Below, one piece after another: positions 59,600 through 64,000 of a DNA stretch of 64,000 bases (its first letter is position 1; the number at the start of each line of letters is the position of its first letter). A program made the translations under genes and the position numbers. The notes under the pieces are model-generated. The model was given only the letters and a program-made list of their open reading frames with translations, ran no database searches and was not told the DNA's origin. This DNA is from Desulfurococcales archaeon. GTDB taxonomy: Archaea; Thermoproteota; Thermoprotei_A; Sulfolobales; Desulfurococcaceae. Where the stretch lies: assembly GCA_027022365.1 (NCBI GenBank), contig JALVYU010000031.1, positions 320,001 through 384,000 of the forward strand, given 5' to 3'.

Positions 59600-62017
59600 T
59601 TACAGGCTACTCGACAGTTCCTTAATGATTTTCTCGGCCTGCTCCACTAACTGCTTGGCCTGCCCAACCATCTGCTGAGCAGCCGTTACATCGTCCTGCT
59701 TCAGCTTCTCCTCGGCCTTGTTCAGAAGCTGTGTCGCGTTGCCGAGTAGCTTGTATGCTTCTTCTATCATCTTCAGCGCTGTCTCGTTCTTCTCACGCTC
59801 GGCTTTTATCTTGAGCAGTGATAGTGTCTTGTTATCCTGGTAAATCTTGGCCTTCAGGGCCTTTATCTCGATCTCGAGCTGTACCTTAGCCTTTTCCTCG
59901 GCCGCCTTTATAAGTTTCTCCGCTTCGTCGACAAGCATCTTGGCCTCTATGATCTTGAGCTTTGCCTCGCCTACACATATTATAGCGTCAGCGGTCTTGT
60001 TCTCCCTGAGCATCTTCTCCGCATCGTCGAGCAGCTTCGATGCATTTACTAGTAGTTCTCTGGACTTGTTCAGTAGTTTCATCGCGTCCGTCACGTTGAG
60101 CTTCTCCGCTTCACTGTAAAGCTTGTCTATCCGTGTCATTGTCTTGTTGATGTCCTCCTTCATACTCTTGATAATCTTTTCCAGCTCCTGCTTAACTTTC
60201 TCCTCAACGTCCCTGATCATCTTCTTTACTTCCTCCATCTTCTTCTCAATCTTCTTGATCAGGTCCTTGACCATGTTGAGTATCTTGGCTGCATCGGTCA
60301 CGTTGCCTTGCTGGAGCGTCTTATTGGCTTCTTCAACCATTTTCAGTGCTTGCTGTAGAGTCTCGTTGAGCTCCGCGATCACCTTTTCTGCCTGGGTGGC
60401 ATTGATCTTCTCCGCCACCTGCATGAGCTTTGCTAGGGTCTTATTGTATTCTCTTAGTATTGTTATGGTCTTATTGATCTGGTTCTCGATGTCTATCTTG
60501 ACCTTCTTTACAGTCTCAATTACTCCTTCAGCAGTACTCATCGTAATGTTTACCTGTACGATGATCGAGTCTATCTTGTTGATTAATTGTAGCGCAACGG
60601 TCTCATTCACTTCTCCGTTCTTAACCATCTTCTCCAGCTCGGCATAGAGCTTCTTGGCCTCTTCCAGCATTTTCATTGCCTGCTTGATCATGTTTAATGC
60701 ATCGCTGCAGCCGCACTTCTCAGCTTCTTCAGCTATCTTCTTTAGATGTTTTTCGGCTTCCTCGATCCTAGTCTTTAGCTCCTTCAGCTTCTCAGCTACG
60801 TCCTTTACAATGTATTTAGCCGCGTTCTTCTCTATCATGCCCCATGCTTCGTGTAGCATTGTCTTTATCTCAGCCATTATTTTCAGTGCACCGGTGAGGT
60901 TGCCGTTCTCGATCATCTCCTCCGCTCTCATGGCTAGTCTGACCATTATCTTGTATTGCTCAATGGTCTTGTTTACCAGCTCATATAACCTCGTGTTATT
61001 AGTCTTGATCGCTTCTTCGCGTAGTCTCGCCAGGGCCTGGTTGAGGCTCCTGAGCCTATCCATTATCTCTTGTAGCGTCATGTTAGCTGTTTTCTTCACG
61101 GCTTCCTTCACGGCAGTTGCGTTGGCCGTCATATTTGTCTCTACATATACTTTAATTATCGGTATTGCCTGTTCGATGAGCTTCAGTGCTTGGCTCACAT
61201 GGGTTAGCGCCAGGTCTATTGATACGCTTATCTCCTTAGTCATATTGCTGATGGGGAGGCTCTTCTTGATTATTCTCAGTATGTCTACCGTCTTGTTTAG
61301 CTCGTGCATGGCCTTTATCATGAGCTTATAGGCTTCCTCTAGACTCTTGGTCTTCATCGTCGTGTTCACTGCTTGCAGCGACATAACCTCCACGGTGTCA
61401 GCGAATTCCCGGACATGCATGATCTTCGCTATATTGTCTACTTCTTTCACGACACTTATGATCTTCGCTGTGTTCCCGGTCTCTATTACCTTAGTTATAT
61501 TAACATATAGCTCGTGTAAGAGCTCCTTGTACTGCGTTGAAAGAGTCTTGTTGAGGCTCGCGATCACCTGGTCGACGATGGTCTTGATCACAGTCATGGT
61601 GACGTTTGATGGAGTGGTCTTTTCCAGGATGATAGCTAGTTCATGGTATACGGTGTTCTCCTCCGAAACCAGTTTCTCGAGCTGATCTACTGTCATGCTG
61701 TTTATCTTCATTGTAGAGATGCTGATCAGCTCCTTAACCTTACTCCTGAGGTCTTCTGGAATACTTGAAGCGTTGAGCGACCTATACGCCTTCTCGATCA
61801 TTATCTTCAGGAGTATTGCTTGGCTCCTCAGCACAGTCGCGTTTACGAGTGGACCGGGCTGTGTCTGCCCGTATGCCTGGATCCCGGCCGCCCACGTCAG
61901 AGTGGTTGCCGGGAGCAGAGATAACATTATTAGTGTTAGGACCATAATTGATCCTAGTAGCTTATACACGGCCTTCACGCCTCTCACCTCACCCCCTTTC
62001 TCTCTGTTCAAAACCAT
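59600..62017 (-). CDS. Large secreted alpha-helical repeat (coiled-coil/spectrin-like) protein
   Basis: Signal peptide, about five ~100-aa helical repeats, many NxT/S sequons. The true start may be the GTG at 61978 after a GAGGTGA RBS. Confidence 0.85.
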   Translation of the reverse strand: MVLNREKGGEVRGVKAVYKLLGSIMVLTLIMLSLLPATTLTWAAGIQAYGQTQPGPLVNATVLRSQAILLKIMIEKAYRSLNASSIPEDLRSKVKELISISTMKINSMTVDQLEKLVSEENTVYHELAIILEKTTPSNVTMTVIKTIVDQVIASLNKTLSTQYKELLHELYVNITKVIETGNTAKIISVVKEVDNIAKIMHVREFADTVEVMSLQAVNTTMKTKSLEEAYKLMIKAMHELNKTVDILRIIKKSLPISNMTKEISVSIDLALTHVSQALKLIEQAIPIIKVYVETNMTANATAVKEAVKKTANMTLQEIMDRLRSLNQALARLREEAIKTNNTRLYELVNKTIEQYKIMVRLAMRAEEMIENGNLTGALKIMAEIKTMLHEAWGMIEKNAAKYIVKDVAEKLKELKTRIEEAEKHLKKIAEEAEKCGCSDALNMIKQAMKMLEEAKKLYAELEKMVKNGEVNETVALQLINKIDSIIVQVNITMSTAEGVIETVKKVKIDIENQINKTITILREYNKTLAKLMQVAEKINATQAEKVIAELNETLQQALKMVEEANKTLQQGNVTDAAKILNMVKDLIKKIEKKMEEVKKMIRDVEEKVKQELEKIIKSMKEDINKTMTRIDKLYSEAEKLNVTDAMKLLNKSRELLVNASKLLDDAEKMLRENKTADAIICVGEAKLKIIEAKMLVDEAEKLIKAAEEKAKVQLEIEIKALKAKIYQDNKTLSLLKIKAEREKNETALKMIEEAYKLLGNATQLLNKAEEKLKQDDVTAAQQMVGQAKQLVEQAEKIIKELSSSL

Positions 62018-62027
62018 ATAAGAATCC

Positions 62028-62058
62028 CCGTGAAACCCGCCGTGAAACCCGTGAAACC
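62028..62058. promoter_or_regulatory. Three direct repeats CCGTGAAACC in the divergent promoter
   Basis: Exact copies at 62028, 62040 and 62049, next to TATAAATA at 62068-62075. Confidence 0.8.
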
Positions 62059-62131
62059 AGGTAATGCTATAAATACCGATACTTATTATTCACGTTAAGA
62101 AATACAGTGTATCTGGAGGTATGTTCAAAAC

Positions 62132-63070
62132 ATGTTGATTAGAAATTCGATATTAGTAATTTACGCAGCGCTCGTTATCGGGCTCCTTGTAGCCGCGCTA
62201 CCTCAAGTCACGGCGCAACAGAGCTACAGTGCAGAGATAATAATTGATTCTAATGGCGTGGTAAAAGTAGTAATTAACGGTACCGCCGTCTCCGGGCTTA
62301 ACAAGTACCCTGCCCCCGTCGACCCGATCATATCTACGATGACCGCCATGCTTAACGGGAAGGAAGTCGCGTCAATATACGTTAACAAGACAATATATAT
62401 AGCAACCACAGCTAACGGCACAATACAGATACAATACATAGGAAACATCACGAGCAACAACAACTATCTCGAATTCAACATAAACAATATAGGAGCACCC
62501 GTAAAGATAGTCTTATCCCCCAACATAGTCCTCCTCAGCATACCAAGCAACATCATAAGCGTTAGAAACATCGATGGGAAACTAGTAATGGTTATACTCC
62601 CACCGGCCACGATAAAGTACACGATCACGAAGACCGTGCAGACAGCCACGCCCGTGCCGACCGGGACTGCTTCGGCGGCACCGCCACAGCAGACAACGTC
62701 TACTCCCGTATCAAAGAGTCAGTCCGGGGGGCAGAACACCGGCGCGTCGCCCGGACAGCCCATCGTTCCCACGACAACCACCTATATCGTGGCAGCGATT
62801 ATCGCTGCGGCCGTGATTGGTGTAGCGGTATATTATTTCAAAAAGACAAGGGCGGCGAATATCCCCGACATACTAGATAGGGCTGACAAGATGATCCTCG
62901 AAGAGATAAGAAGAGCTGGAGGGACTATAATGCAGGGCGAGCTCCAGAAGATCCTCGGCTTCCCCAAAGCCACGCTATGGAGAAGGGTTAAGAAGCTCGC
63001 CCAGCTCGGTTTTTTAGAGATCGTCAAGGAAGGGAACTCTAATAGGTTAATACTAAAAAAGAAAATATAA
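62132..63070 (+). CDS. Membrane-anchored winged helix-turn-helix regulator (COG2512-like)
   Basis: Signal peptide, beta-rich ectodomain, T/P/S/Q linker, TM YIVAAIIAAAVIGVAVYYF, C-terminal wHTH GGTIMQGELQKILGFPKATLWRRVKKLAQLGFLEI. Confidence 0.88.
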   Translation: MLIRNSILVIYAALVIGLLVAALPQVTAQQSYSAEIIIDSNGVVKVVINGTAVSGLNKYPAPVDPIISTMTAMLNGKEVASIYVNKTIYIATTANGTIQIQYIGNITSNNNYLEFNINNIGAPVKIVLSPNIVLLSIPSNIISVRNIDGKLVMVILPPATIKYTITKTVQTATPVPTGTASAAPPQQTTSTPVSKSQSGGQNTGASPGQPIVPTTTTYIVAAIIAAAVIGVAVYYFKKTRAANIPDILDRADKMILEEIRRAGGTIMQGELQKILGFPKATLWRRVKKLAQLGFLEIVKEGNSNRLILKKKI

Positions 63071-63332
63071 GTACAACTCTCTTTATAGTCGAGTCTTTGA
63101 TAATATGTGGAGGTTTTACTATATTGGTAAATCGCTTTTGGAAGCGGGATCTACAATGATATATCTGGTATTCTTCTTTCACCGGCTTAGTCATATTGTA
63201 TTCCATACATCTTATTGTATGAGTGAAAAGCAGATCCACAACGAATTTATTTTTAATGATACAATGAGATAATATTTGCTCTAACAATGGTGCGTTATTA
63301 GCCACTATAGCGGATGAGGAGCTGCTGAGGAC

Positions 63333-64000
63333 GTGATACTAATAGTTCTCGGGATACTGGTGCTGGTTCTCCTGTATGGTCTGCTGACATTTGAGGTAAT
63401 GCATCGCACGGCTGCAGCGATATTTGTTGCCGGCATTATTCTTGTGCTTAATCTTGTTTTCCACTTCATGGAGTATACCGATATATTGGGCGGTATCGAC
63501 ATAGATACTATTCTCCTGCTTATGAACATGATGATCATAGTCGGCATCCTTGGTAAGACAGGGTTGTTCGAGTACTTATCGCTCCAGCTGGTCATGAGCT
63601 TCAAGGACAAGCCTTACAGGCTCCTCCTGATCCTCCTCATACTCACCGGTGTCGTGAGTGCTTTCATAGATAACGTGACAACAGTGCTCCTCATAGCCCC
63701 TGTAATCATCGATGTGTTCGAAGAGATAGGCGTCACCCCTGTCCCGGCCCTCTTGGGGATAGTTTTCGCGAGCAATATTGGTGGAACTGCGACCCTGATA
63801 GGTGATCCGCCCAACATACTGATAGGGAGCATGGCGGACATAGGGTTCATGCAGTTCATATATAATCTAACACCAATAGTATTTGTCGACCTCCTAGTCC
63901 TCACAGCGATACTCCCCTACCTGTTCAGGGGATGGTATAGGGAATATTGTGAAAAACTCGGGAGAATCGACGATGAAGTACTGTATAAGAAGCTCAAACT
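63333..64000 (+). CDS. ArsB/NhaD/SLC13 (ion transporter superfamily) permease, partial
   Basis: Not in the ORF track. Translated from GTG 63333: HRTAAA, IDIDTILLL.NMMIIV..L.KTGLFEYL, SAFIDNVTTVLL, ASNIGGTATLIGDPPNILIG. Confidence 0.9.
   Translation, partial: MILIVLGILVLVLLYGLLTFEVMHRTAAAIFVAGIILVLNLVFHFMEYTDILGGIDIDTILLLMNMMIIVGILGKTGLFEYLSLQLVMSFKDKPYRLLLILLILTGVVSAFIDNVTTVLLIAPVIIDVFEEIGVTPVPALLGIVFASNIGGTATLIGDPPNILIGSMADIGFMQFIYNLTPIVFVDLLVLTAILPYLFRGWYREYCEKLGRIDDEVLYKKLK

Noticed and set aside
59600-62017. Tetrabrachion or SMC/Rad50 identity for the coiled-coil protein
   Set aside because: No Walker motifs, it has a signal peptide, it lacks a C-terminal anchor, and the periodicity is ~100-aa bundles rather than a continuous stalk.
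59847-62021. Chain of long plus-strand ORFs opposite the helical-repeat gene, and many similar antisense ORFs across the window
   Set aside because: Ser/Phe/Ile-rich shadows of Lys/Glu-rich coding strands, with no RBS or motifs.
62028-62058. GTGAAAC repeats as a CRISPR remnant (repeats often end in GAAAC)
   Set aside because: Units are 9-12 bp apart with no spacers and no cas genes nearby.

Overview
Chromosomal window from an anaerobic, probably hyperthermophilic crenarchaeon. The gene content points to Desulfurococcales (Staphylothermus-like), which is an inference. Housekeeping and metabolic genes include ileS, superoxide reductase, a MoxR/DUF58 operon, thiamine genes (tenA, ECF S component, thi4), an orphan hisD-sodium:solute symporter operon, tungsten-enzyme genes (aor, gor, moaD, radical SAM maturase), an MtrH-like methyltransferase, four ABC-2 exporters, an oligopeptide ABC importer and a GltPh-type symporter. 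There are three damaged genes: EamA and flavoprotein genes each broken by one extra homopolymer base, and a decayed vapC. I saw no rRNA, tRNA, CRISPR array or transposase. The most unusual items are: (1) a membrane-tethered winged-helix regulator divergent from a secreted protein of five ~100-aa helical repeats, with three CCGTGAAACC direct repeats between them; (2) a secreted caspase/gingipain-like His-Cys protein coupled to a membrane-anchored partner; (3) a ~24-bp inverted repeat enclosing a TATA box in an AT-rich island with a pilin-lectin adhesin; (4) a hairpin-dense region ahead of hisD. Family assignments come from motif recognition by eye, not database searches.
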